64,000 nt of DNA from Macrostomum lignano (taxonomy: Eukaryota). How positions within the stretch are numbered: the stretch's first letter is position 1; every line of letters begins with the position of its first letter. The position numbers and the translations under genes were made by a program. Below, piece after piece: positions 24,701-34,308 of the stretch. The stretch spans positions 186,001 through 250,000 of the forward strand of contig NIVC01001511.1 in assembly GCA_002269645.1 (NCBI GenBank), given 5' to 3'. The notes below the pieces were generated by a model. That model ran no database searches and was not told where the DNA came from. It saw only the letters and a list, made by a program, of their open reading frames with translations.

Positions 24701-27700
24701 GGTGATTTCCTGAGGAATTAGGGAAGTGAGGTCGGTGACCCCTATGAAGAACTAGGGGAGTAAGAGGGCGGTGACCCCCCAAAGATACTAAGGGAGGCAT
24801 TGACCCCTGAGTGAGGCAGAAAATTATAATTAGTAAGCCTCAGAGGGATAAAACTAGGGACAAGATGTGCTGAGTCCGCACTGATCCCAAATACCTTTCC
24901 GTTAACTGCAGCCGTGCCGTTTCTGCTGGCTGGCCGGGCCGGACTCGGCGATCTGAGCTTGCCGCCTCGACTCATCCTGGCGCCGCCGCTGGGACTCGAA
25001 CCCCGGCTGCCAGCCGACCGACCGGCCATGAGAACGGGAGATTTCAGCATCTGGGACAGCTGCTCGGCCTCCCGCTTCCAATAGTCTCGGTCGCTTTCAA
25101 CGCCTTTGAAGTATTGCTCAATTTGAGAAGTTGTGGTTGCTGAGTTACCAGCTGGGGCCTTCTTGGCTGAGCCGACTCTGCGCTTCAGCCGCTCGATCTC
25201 CAGTACCAGCTCGCGCTCTGCAGGCGATCAAGAATAGAGGCTGAGTTACATGTTGCTAACGGAAAGCTATTTGGGTAGTTTAGGGAGAATTCTTAGGGTA
25301 GCTTAGGGAAGATTTTGAAGCTAGTTTAAGGGGTTTCTTGAGTAGTTTAGTGAGAATTCTTAGGGTAGCTTAGGGAAGATTTTGAAGCTAGTTTAAGGGG
25401 TTTCTTGAGTAGTTTAGGGAGAATTCTTAGGGTAGCTTAGGGAAGATTTTGAAGCTAGTTTAAGGGGTTTCTTGAGTAGTTTAGTGAGAATTCTTAGGGT
25501 AGCTTAGGGAAGATTTTGAAGCTAGTTTAAGGGGTTTCTTGAGTAGTTTAGTGAGAATTCTTAGGGTAGCTTAGGGAAGATTTTGAAGCTAGTTTAAGGG
25601 GTTTCTTGAGTAGTTTAGTGAGAATTCTTAGGGTAGCTTAGGGAAGATTTTGAAGCTAGTTTAAGGGGTTTCTTGAGTAGTTTAGTGAGAATTCTTAGGG
25701 TAGCTTAGGGAAGATTTTGAAGCTAGTTTAAGGGGTTTCTTGAGTAGTTTAGTGAGAATTCTTAGGGTAGCTTAGGGAAGATTTTGAAGCTAGTTTAAGG
25801 GGTTTCTTGAGTAGTTTAGGGAGAATTCTTAGGGTAGCTTAGGGAAGATTTTGAAGCTAGTTTAAGGGGTTTCTTGAGTAGTTTAGTGAGAATTCTTAGG
25901 GTAGCTTAGGGAAGATTTTGAAGCTAGTTTAAGGGGTTTCTTGAGTAGTTTAGGGAGAATTCTTAGGGTAGCTTAGGGAAGATTTTGAAGCTAGTTTAAG
26001 GGGTTTCTTGAGTAGTTTAGGGAGAATTCTTAGGGTAGTTTAGGGAAGATCTTGAGGCTAGTTTAAGGGATTTCTTGAGTAGTTTAGTGAGAATTCTTAG
26101 GGTAGCTTAGGGAAGATTTTGAGGCTAGTTTAGGGGTTTTTTGAGTAGTTTAGGGAGCATTCTTAGGGTAGCTTAGGGAGCATTCTTAGGGTAGCTTAGG
26201 GAGCATTCTTAGGGTAGCTTAGGGAGCATTCTTAGGGTAGCTTAGGGAGCATTCTTAGGGTAGTTTAGGGAGGTTTCTTAGGGTAGCTTAGGGAGGCTTA
26301 TTAGGGTAAGTTTATGACATACCTTAAGGCTTTCTTTTAAAGGAAAGTTTTAATTAACAGTTAATAGCCACTCTGAAACGATTCTAAAGACAGTTACACG
26401 GGAGGCTTCGGTTTAGCAGTTGAAGAGGCTGGCATTGTGTTGTAGTTGAAAGGAAGATTCATTGTTACGATGGCCTAAGTGGCCAAATTTTTCAAGTGTG
26501 TTGCGACCGGCTGAACCCAAGGGTGAGTATTTAGCTTGTGTGCTGCCGTCATTCTCATTCAGCTGCATGACTCGTAAAGGGAGCTTTGCAACACCCTTTC
26601 TATTGTATTTAATTAATTTCTTGAAAACCCCCGAAAACACTGCACAAGCCTATCAATCATTTTATGAACTGAGCGGCAAGAACTTAATTAAAAGAACCGA
26701 AATTAAGCGAAAACTTGCAGGAGAAAAAAAGATTTTTGAAGTGGTCCTTGGTTAGCCGCAAACCCAACCACGGGTTTGGGCAGCGACCATTTGCTCAATG
26801 CAAAATGATCTGCAGCATGCATAAATCTATTGAACATGCGGCCTGCAAATAGCTCATGAATAATTAATTAGATAGCCATTCAAGCCATTTTATTGCAAGG
26901 TCGTTTAATCAATAGCCATAAAAACTATTTGATTTATGATTACAATTATTATTACTACACTACTTGCCATAGTTGATGATCTCTCATAAAATATGTCCTC
27001 TTTCTCTCTTTGTACCCTATCTCATCAAATACCCGCTTTCCTCTCCTTACAACCTCTCTCATCCCCTCCTTACACCCTCTAATCAAATACCCGCTTTCCC
27101 CTCCTTACACCGCTAGCAGACAGGAATTTACCAGGCTGGTGGAACTGCTGAGAATCCCTCTGATCCCAGCTGCTGCCAGTGGAAGACGCCGCCGATTCAG
27201 TTCGCCTGGCTATGCGATTTTGAGTCGCAGTGGAAATCAAGCCGGGATGCTGCTGCTTTCTAGTCTTCTTTGACCGATTGTGATGATTACTATTATTACG
27301 AGTTTTCCTATCGGAATTACTGACTATTGACACTCGTTTAGAATTCGATAACAACAAAGTTGAATCGTTGCCAGTCGACCAATAACCGCTGCTGCTCATA
27401 GTCGAAGATTTTTACTCAAACAAAAAAGTTGGCTGTTTTTTCCAATAAATTTTTCCTAGCTTCTCTGGATGGACATGGTTTCTCTGTGACTTCGACTAAG
27501 GGGATGCAGGCGTGAGGGCAGAGCTGGGGTTTCCATACCGCAACTTTCAAGACTAGCTCTAGTCTAGATGAGAGAGGCGGAGGGACAGAGACACAGGCAC
27601 AGAGAGTACAGAGGCAGAGCGGGTAAAGGGAAGTGAAAGCCACCCGGTGTTGTCCACCAATTGAAACTTTTCTGGTGCAGAGGGGGTGGGGCAGCGCCAA

Positions 27701-30700
27701 GGGATGAGGTTATGCTGCATTTTATTATGTAGTTGTAAGTGCATGGAGTACTAAATATAGCTATGTCTACAACCTGGACAAGGAAATTTAAATACCTTTT
27801 ACAGCGGTAAAAGTGGTGCTAATATCTAGCCTTCTACAGCGCTAAAAGTGGCACTAATATCTAGCCTTCAACAGTGGTAAAAGTGGCGCTAATATCTAGC
27901 CTTCTACAGCGCTAAAAGTGGTGCTAATATCTAGCCTTCTACAGCGCTAAAAGTGGTGCTAATATCTAGCCTTCTAGAGCGCTAATAAAAGTGGCGCTAA
28001 TATCTAGCCTTCTACAGCGCTAATAAAAGTGGTGCTAATATCTAGCCTTCTACAGCGCTAAAAGTGGCACTAATATCTAGCCTTCAACAGTGGTAAAAGT
28101 GGCGCTAATATCTAGCCTTCTACAGCGCTAAAAGTGGCACTAATATCTAGCCTTCAACAGTGGTAAAAGTGGCGCTAATATCTAGCCTTCTACAGCGCTA
28201 AAAGTGGCATTAATATCTAGCCTTCAACAGTGGTAAAAGTGGCGCTAATATCTAGCCTTCTACAGCGCTAATAAAAGTGGTGCTAATATCTAGCCTTCTA
28301 CAGCGCTAAAAGTGGCACTAATATCTAGCCTTCAACAGTGGTAAAAGTGGCGCTAATATCTAGCATTCTACAGTGCTAAAAGTGGCATTAATATCTAGCC
28401 TTCAACAGTGGTAAAAGTGGCGCTAATATCTAGCCTTCTACAGCGGTAAAAGTGGCGCTAATATCTAGCCTTCTACAGCGCTAATAAAAGTGGTGCTAAT
28501 ATCTAGCCTTCTACAGCGCTAAAAGTGGCGCTAATATCTAGCCTTCTACAGCGGTAAAAGTGGCGCTAATATCTAGCCTTCTACAGAGCTAAAACTAGCG
28601 CTAATATCTAGTCTTCTACAGCGCTAATATCTAGCCTTCTACAGCGCCAAAATCTTGTCTACAGCGCTAAAGAAGCAGGCAAGCTAAAACAGTAATTTTA
28701 TTGAACTAAGGTTTTATTTAGTACACCATGAATAAGGGAGAGAGAGATGCAGAGAGACGACGAGAACCGGTGTGGTAGGCAACGCTAGTTAGTGGGGATC
28801 TGTGTGAGAAGCAATCCCTTACCCAACTCACCAACCCGACAGGCCCCAGAGTCGGTATACACAGAGCGGGATTCTCAAGCCAAAAACAACTTGGGGGAAA
28901 GAATGAATGACTCATACAGTTTTTTAAATCCCCTCCCAACCTACTCAAACCATTGACTTACGCGCATAGCCACTTGGCTGTATGCTTTATGACACTATGA
29001 GACAAAGGTGAAGTGTGCATAAAGGCAGCAAAGTCTTGAACTAAAAGCCTTGAGCAGAGAGAGTCTAACGGGATGCAATGCAATGCAAATTTGGTGTCCC
29101 ATTGTTGAACACCAAAGTATAGAATGCTAGTTAACAACACTAGTAATTTCAAAATTTTAGTAACTACTACATCAATAGAGTCTACATGCAAACTTTCGCA
29201 CAACTCTCTCTGTGATTCTTTTTTACGATTGTTCTTATAGTTGTTTGCCCAACAAAAACGAAACTTAACCAAGATTTGTTTACACACGATCGCTCTTTCT
29301 CTCTCTTCTTAGCCTGAACCCAAGCCTTTTCTCTATACTGGCAATTATTATAGACAAACATTGGCGACATCAAGTTCCCACGGGGCATTGAGTTTGGCAG
29401 CCAGAATTTTAATTAAATTTTAAATAAAGACCGAAAAACGCATTCTTTCCACCTACTATAAGTAGGCTAATCGATTCGCTCACCATTGGCGGTTAGTTTT
29501 TCAACTCGCTGAGCTAAACGTTTCTTATCAGCTTGGAGTCGAAGCAGCAAATCCTGCAGTTCGCGATTGTCTTGAGTAGACTCCGTAGCTGCTCGTTTAG
29601 TATCGGCCAGCGACTCCTGCAGTTGCTGGCGCTCCTGATTGTGTCGTTAGTAAAAATAATTGGTACTGCTTGTGCTAAGAAGATAACGAGGCATTTAAAT
29701 ATCCCTATAGAGCAATAGTTACTCCCGCTGATTACCCAGAACATGTGGCTGACTTTTCGGCATTGGTCACCATACTAGCCACAACTGGCATACTGGGACC
29801 AACTTCCTATATGTCAGCGCCACATTCTACTCCTCTCTTTGGCGAAGTAGCAACCATTTACACCCCGAAGGGATTAAGGTTGAACTTCATGGCGGAAGGA
29901 GCTGCATACAGATTAGGAATAGAATCGGAAACAATAAGAGAAATAAAAAGATAAGCTATATCGAGGTCTTCATTTTCGTAAAGCAAAATAATAAGTTGAA
30001 AATACACACAAATGATGAAGCATTTCTTCAATATACAAATTCACTTGTACAACATACAATATTTTTTTATTCAAATGACTTGATAACAACCATAATTAAT
30101 ATTGTTTACCGAAAAAATCTAAATTATACTACTCACTACTAAGTAGCATAAATTGTATATTCTAAGTTTAATTGGAAGTTTAGGCAAAAATTAAATGCTT
30201 CGAAGTCAGGTGCACAAAAATTTGGCTAAAAATGCGCAGGCACTACTACCCGTGATTTACAATTTGAGTAGTAATATATCAAGATTGAACTCGAGTTTTT
30301 ACCTCTTCAAGCTGAGCGCAGGCTTCCTCGAGCTGGGCAAGTCGCTGCCGAGTCGCCTCCAATTGAGCTTTGGCTTGAGCGATTTCTGCGTCAGCGGCTG
30401 CCAGCACCTCAGCCTTCTCCACTTCAATCCGGTGGGCCATACGGCCGACATTCTCCAATTCGCCGCTCAGGTGTCGATTCCTGGCGCCCAAGTCAAATTC
30501 GGCGCGTCGATCGGCCCCAATTCGCGCCTCGGCGGCGGCTAGCGCCGTTTCTAATTCGCGATTTCGCGCCGACAGAGCCTCAATCTGGGCGGCCTGCTGA
30601 TGGAGAAGCCGCTCGGCGCCGCGTGCCTCGGCCTCCAAGCTGACAGCCTCGTACGGCCGGCCGCCTTCGCAGAGGACTTTCAAACGGGCGATCTCGTCTT

Positions 30701-33700
30701 CGCGTAGAGCGGCCTGGCAGGGGCGCGGGTTTTTTGGAGATGGAATTATAATTACGGGCCTGGTGAATTCCCTTAGCAACAAGGAAGTGTGTCTGTGGAT
30801 TTCCCTTAGCAACGAGAATAGGTGCCTGTGGATTTCCCTTAGCAACGAGGATAGGTGTCTGTGGATTTCCCTTAGCAACGAGGATAGGTGCCTGTGGATT
30901 TCCCTTAGCAACGAGGATAGGTGTCTGTGGATTTCCCTTAGCAACGAGGATAGCGTGTCTGTAGATTTCCCTTACCAGCAAGGAAGCGTGTCTGTGGAAT
31001 TCCCTTAGCAACAAGATTAGGTGCCTGTGGATTTCCCTTAGCAACGAGGATAGGTGCCTGTGGATTTCCCTTAGCAACGAGGATAGGTGCCCTGTGGATT
31101 TCCCTTAGCAACGAGGATAGCGTGTCTGTAGATTTCCCTTAGCAACGAGGAAAAATGTACTAATAAGTTAGTAGCATCACTAATAATAGGCAGCTTAAAA
31201 CGGGAATTAGCAAATAAAATAGGCCTTATTAGCTAATATGTTTACATCTTAATAATAGGATAGGTGCCTTTAAAAAATGTAATTTAAAAAGTTTACTTGT
31301 ACAAATCTTTAAGAGAAACGCTGATGAAGCATGCTCCGCAAAGTTACACAAGCTTGATTTTGATTGACAGTCTATAATTAATACTACTAAAATCAATTTA
31401 TAAATGGAAAAAAATCATCTGCGCTGTCACAACCTTGATTGAGGCGAGCTATAGGCTAATTAACGCCAATACCCCAACCTGCTGTCCATATGGGTTTGGC
31501 GAGACTAAGGTATAATAAAAGCCAATTAAAAAGGTCCACACAAAAAGCTCCCAGATCACGCAAAGCAACCAGCTGACTGTGAGAGTCTCCACTCTTAGCC
31601 TTATATCTATATCGTATATCTCGTATGTCTACTCAAGATTTGCCATAGCAACAAGAATAGGCGCGTCAAGTTTTGCCTTAGCAACAAGAATAGGTGCCTG
31701 AAGATTTCCCTTAGCAACAATAATAGGTGCCAGAAGATTTCCCTTAGCAACAATAATAGGTGCCTGAAGATTTCCCTTAGCAACAAGAATAGGCGCGTCA
31801 AGATTTGCCTTAGCAACAAGAATAGGCGCGTCAAGATTTGCCTTAGCAACAAGAATAGGCGCGTCAAGATTTGCCTTAGCAACAAGAATAGGCGCGTCAA
31901 GATTTGCCTTAGCAACCAGAATAGGCGCCCAAAGATTTCCCTTAGCAACAAGAATAGGTGCCTGAAGATTTCCCTTAGCAACAAGAATAGGCGCGTCAAG
32001 ATTTGCCTTAGCAACAAGAATAGGCGCGTCAAGATTTGCCTTAGCAACAAGAATAGGCGCGTCAAGATTTGCCTTAGCAACAAGAATAGGCGCGTCAAGA
32101 TTTGCCTTAGCAACAAGAATAGGCGCGTCAAGATTTGCCTTAGCAACAAGAATAGGCGCGTCAAGATTTGCCTTAGCAACCAGAATAGGCGCCCAAAGAT
32201 TTCCCTTAGCAACAAGAATAGGCGCCCAAAGATTTCCCTTAGCAACAAGAATAGGCGCCCAAAGATTTCCCTTAGCAACAAGAATAGGCGCCCAAAGATT
32301 TCCCTTAGCAACAAGAATAGGCGCCCAAAGATTTCCCTTAGCAACAAGAATAGGCGCCCAAAGATTTCCCTTAGCAACAAGAATAGGCGCCCAAAGATTT
32401 CTCTTAGCAACAAGAATAGGCGCCCAAAGATTTCCCTTAGCAACCAGAATAGGCGCCCAAAGATTTCCCTTACAAGTACAACAAGAATAGGCGCCTGAAG
32501 ATTTCTACAGTGGTCTTGATTTTCGGCAGCACTCCAAAAGCCCCACCCCAGCAACTCATTAAATAGCAGGATTAAGCTGGCTTATTGCTAAACTCACCGC
32601 CCGTTTCAGATTAGCAATCCTTCGCTCCTGAATATCGGCTTCTTCATTCTGTCTGTCCAACTGTTTCTGCAATTCGCTGATCCGTTTCTGGGACGCCTTC
32701 ACCAGATCCACAACGTGCGGATCCTGCTGCTGCTTGCGCACGCCTGTCAGCGGCGTCGCTCTGGTCGGCTTCTGTGGCTGCTGACGCTGAGATGACGGTG
32801 GCTCCAGCAGTTCGTCAACTTCCATGCGCTGACGACTGCAAGGAGAAGTTGGGGATTGCAAGCAGTTCTCAGAGGGTTACTTTTAACTTTTTTGGCCTTT
32901 GGCGATTCTTCCGGTGATTAGAGGTTTTTGAGGGGGCGATTGTTCTGGTGATTCTTCTCAGTACAGAAAGTGCTTCGTTGACGATTCTTTGTGGTTAATG
33001 GTCCTACTTTTTTAGAAAAATGACAACTCAAACGAATTCTACCCACCGGTACGGAATGGACTTTTTCTTGCCCGATGGCGTCTGCACCACGGCCAGCAAA
33101 TTTTTCTCTTGCAGTTGCAGGATTTTCTCCGACTTTCGACGGGACTCCTCCTCCATCTGCTTGAGCTTGGCCAGGCACTGCGAGTTGAAAAAGCGAAGGT
33201 CCTCCGCTTCGCTCTCTAAGCGGCGCTTAGCGGCCTGTTTGGTGTTGGTGAGTATTGGCTTTATCAGTGGATAAACATAGACTCAAGGCGAGTTTAATAG
33301 GATCTGGTACGCAGGCCCAGCAACTGAGAATCTGGGAGGCTGGCGCAGCAACTGAGAATCTGGGAGGCTGGCCCAGCAACTGAGAATCTGGGAGGCTGGC
33401 GCAGCAACTGATGATCTGGGAGATGGTCCAGCAACTGATGATCTGGGAGGCTGGCCCAGCAACTGAGGATCTGGGAGGCTGGCGCAGCAACTGAGAATCT
33501 GGGAGGCTGGCCCAGCAACTGAGAATCTGGGAGGCTGGCGCAGCAACTGATGATCTGGGAGATGGTCCAGCAACTGATGATCTGGGAGGCTGGCCCAGCA
33601 ACTGAGGATCTGGGAGGCTGGCGCAGCAACTGAGAATCTGGGAGGCTGGCCCAGCAACTGAGAATCTGGGAGGCTGGCCCAGCAACTGAGGATCTGGGAG

Positions 33701-34308
33701 GCTGGCCCAGCAACTAAGGATCTGGGAGGCTGGCCCAGCAACTGACACTCTGGGAGGCTGGCCCAGCAACTGACACTCTGGGAGGCTGGCCCAGCAACTG
33801 AGGATCTGGGAGGCTGGCTCAGCAACTGAGGATCTGGGAGATGGTCCAGCAACTGATGATAAGGGAGGCTGGTGGCCCAGAAACGGAGGATAAGGGAGGA
33901 CGGTGGTGGTCCAGCAGCAACAGCTGAGGATCTGAGTTTGAGGTGTATGTTTAGCTTATGATCTACAACAACCCAGCTTACCATGAGCTCCCGATTCTCT
34001 TCATCATATTTCTGTTTAAGCCTGAGCAGTTCCTGATGCAGCTCATTGTTCTCCTTAACCAGCTTCCCATTGTCAGACTTATACGGCTCAATGTATTCTT
34101 CAATTTTAGATTTCACTTCGACTTTCTTCTCGGTCTCCTGTTTGGCTCGGCGCAGGTGCTCGGTGGTCCAGATGAGGTCGGCTAGCAGCCGCTCAGCCAA
34201 TGGCAGGGCTTCCACAGTGAGCGGCTGCCGGTAGCCCAGCTGGTCCAGCTTCTTGCGCGTGTTGGTGAAGCGCTCCTCAACAGCTGAGACGGCTTCGCCG
34301 CCAGACAT
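9565..34308 (-). CDS. CEP135: CEP135/Bld10 centriolar protein, 13 coding exons, ~1337 aa (gene span)
   Basis: N-terminus [56 protein letters not shown] and C-terminal ERFERER match recalled CEP135 motifs; all 12 introns are GT-AG with compatible phases; exon lengths sum to 4014 nt. Confidence 0.93.
9896..10282. repeat. ~32-bp minisatellite, CEP135 intron 12
   Basis: Unit AGTGCCTGGCCATAGATAATTTAGAGTCAATT. Confidence 0.9.
10363..10599 (-). CDS. CEP135: CEP135 exon 12
   Basis: TCTCAG|A acceptor; [21 protein letters not shown]; donor AG|GTAATT; 237 nt, ends phase 2. Confidence 0.87.
10660..10965. repeat. 24-bp minisatellite, intron 11
   Basis: Unit GGGAGTCAGATGGAGATTCTTAAA. Confidence 0.92.
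10978..11384 (-). CDS. CEP135: CEP135 exon 11
   Basis: CCTCAG|CTG acceptor; [17 protein letters not shown]...SREKEFQ; donor AG|GTCGGT; 407 nt. Confidence 0.88.
11700..12330. repeat. ~27-bp minisatellite, intron 10
   Basis: GAATCCCCAATCAAAATCCC-based units. Confidence 0.9.
12407..12757 (-). CDS. CEP135: CEP135 exon 10
   Basis: CGCCAG|GTC acceptor; [12 protein letters not shown]...SSLRLEL...AYELQ; donor CAG|GTATGA; 351 nt. Confidence 0.88.
12900..13660. repeat. ~23-bp minisatellite, intron 9
   Basis: Unit AAATCTGTACAAGAACACACT(T/A). Confidence 0.9.
13698..14066 (-). CDS. CEP135: CEP135 exon 9
   Basis: ACCCAG|GAC acceptor; [12 protein letters not shown]...RLQDDLQ; donor CAG|GTGGGT; 369 nt. 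Confidence 0.88.
14215..15058. repeat. 33-bp minisatellite, intron 8, left of the LTR element
   Basis: Unit TTGGATTAGCACTACTTCC(GG/TA)TTCATTCTTAAT; resumes at 19390. Confidence 0.93.
15059..15262 (-). repeat. 3' LTR
   Basis: Identical by eye to 19186-19389. Confidence 0.95.
15410..18633 (-). CDS. Gag C-terminus/Pol frame: two Cys/His knuckles, aspartic protease, RT, RNase H, integrase (true start uncertain; likely joined to Gag by a frameshift)
   Basis: [30 protein letters not shown]; VDTGA; YQDD; TDAS; HDTHSG..CDVC; SDNAPEF..AERAV; open to the stop at 15412-15410. Confidence 0.92.
18271..19185 (-). CDS. Gag N-terminal ORF
   Basis: ATG immediately after the 5' LTR; [32 protein letters not shown] is a typical Mag/Gypsy gag motif; translation becomes non-gag-like after ~18630. 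Confidence 0.85.
   Translation of the reverse strand: MASQALGRIELSEPERALTWLTAFRALARAKKWKDEGTNREIADNFLALCGLPALEKLTSLVAPKKIDELEFSAIEAAIQSYLQPKTRITIAERTRFYTIRQQHDESLPDYLSRLRKAAQHCKFDSLKEAESPEEVMIQLALVAGMHCPTTQQKVLEAMQIKELSVEEIVDFVAQIKQVKEFVSKKPPRRSRPPHQRKLFRRFTMALWLQRTTLPLRARLDHALDIVATAVKSMLLESVQRLEKPAANAQNQTTLHQYVDPPDHASSTTSRSSQTQTRRNQIPRPFFTLGTRTRFTLSTRHWKT
19186..19389 (-). repeat. 5' LTR
   Basis: Identical by eye to 15059-15262. Confidence 0.95.
19390..19940. repeat. 33-bp minisatellite, intron 8, right of the LTR element
   Basis: Same unit as 14215-15058. Confidence 0.93.
20178..20557 (-). mobile_element. tRNA-derived SINE with conserved-core-like middle and (ATT)n tail
   Basis: Head GGGTTGTAGGCAGTGGTCAGAGCG...GGTTCGATTCCC; core TCCTTGAGCAAGACACT...CACCCAGCTGTAAGATGGGTGCC; (AAT)n at 20178-20250 on the + strand. 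Confidence 0.75.
20708..20944 (-). CDS. CEP135: CEP135 exon 8
   Basis: TTTCAG|GCC acceptor; coiled-coil; donor CAG|GTGGGT; 237 nt. Confidence 0.85.
21005..21790. repeat. (ACAG)n microsatellite, intron 7
   Basis: Directly visible. Confidence 0.97.
21800..22120. repeat. ~41-bp minisatellite, intron 7
   Basis: Unit AACAGCCACAAGCAGATTCGAACAGCCCCCAAAAAGCCACT. Confidence 0.9.
22133..22657 (-). CDS. CEP135: CEP135 exon 7
   Basis: TCGCAG|GAC acceptor; [33 protein letters not shown]; donor AAG|GTTCGT; 525 nt. Confidence 0.88.
22680..23495. repeat. ~27-bp minisatellite, intron 6
   Basis: Unit TTCGGTTGAGGTCGAGAGTTCGAATCT. Confidence 0.93.
24050..24790. repeat. 36-bp minisatellite with degenerate flanks, intron 6
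   Basis: Unit GAGGGCGGTGACCCCCTCATGAGGAACTAGAAGAGT, cleanest at 24410-24620. Confidence 0.88.
24895..25217 (-). CDS. CEP135: CEP135 exon 6
   Basis: CTGCAG|AG acceptor; [12 protein letters not shown]...[13 protein letters not shown]; donor AAG|GTATTT; 323 nt. Confidence 0.88.
25270..26310. repeat. 67-bp minisatellite followed by a 23-bp subunit array, TTAGGG-rich, intron 5
   Basis: GAATTC recurs every 67 bp; each unit has 2-3 TTAGGG. Confidence 0.93.
27790..28670. repeat. 35-bp minisatellite, intron 5
   Basis: Unit CTAATATCTAGCCTTCTACAGCGCTAAAAGTGGCG. Confidence 0.93.
29484..29634 (-). CDS. CEP135: CEP135 exon 5
   Basis: AATCAG|GAG acceptor; [18 protein letters not shown]; donor G|GTGAGC; 151 nt, ends phase 1. 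Confidence 0.85.
30303..30713 (-). CDS. CEP135: CEP135 exon 4
   Basis: TGCCAG|GCC acceptor; [24 protein letters not shown]; donor GAG|GTAAAA; 411 nt. Confidence 0.88.
30765..31150. repeat. 33-bp minisatellite A, intron 3
   Basis: Unit GATTTCCCTTAGCAACGAGGATAGGTGCCTGTG. Confidence 0.92.
31640..32500. repeat. 33-bp minisatellite B, intron 3 (related to A)
   Basis: Unit GATTT(C/G)CCTTAGCAACAAGAATAGGCGC(CCAAA/GTCAA). Confidence 0.92.
32598..32835 (-). CDS. CEP135: CEP135 exon 3
   Basis: TTGCAG|T acceptor completes Arg; RQRMEVDE; donor GCG|GTGAGT; 238 nt. Confidence 0.9.
33047..33234 (-). CDS. CEP135: CEP135 exon 2
   Basis: AAACAG|GCC acceptor; [19 protein letters not shown]...KKKSIPYR; donor CG|GTGGGT; 188 nt. 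Confidence 0.9.
33305..33860. repeat. 28-bp minisatellite, intron 1
   Basis: Unit CAGCAACTGAGAATCTGGGAGGCTGGCC. Confidence 0.92.
33982..34308 (-). CDS. CEP135: CEP135 exon 1
   Basis: ATG at 34308; donor ATG|GTAAGC; 327 nt, phase 0. Confidence 0.92.

Noticed and set aside
25270-26310. True telomere or chromosome-fusion scar
   Set aside because: TTAGGG hexamers are non-contiguous, sit in an intron, and show no head-to-head inversion
22680-28670. CRISPR-like appearance of 27-36-bp repeats
   Set aside because: Units are contiguous with no unique spacers, no cas genes, and the context is eukaryotic
28718-29388. Additional CEP135 exon or nested gene in intron 5
   Set aside because: Short low-information ORFs with no convincing phase-compatible splice sites
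31607-32554. 315-aa LLLREIFGR repeat ORF and similar periodic ORFs (10669, 11902, 14147, 19333, 22680, 33227, 41835-44582, 48634-49658)
   Set aside because: Stop-free tandem repeats inside introns or repeat units; no evidence of coding selection
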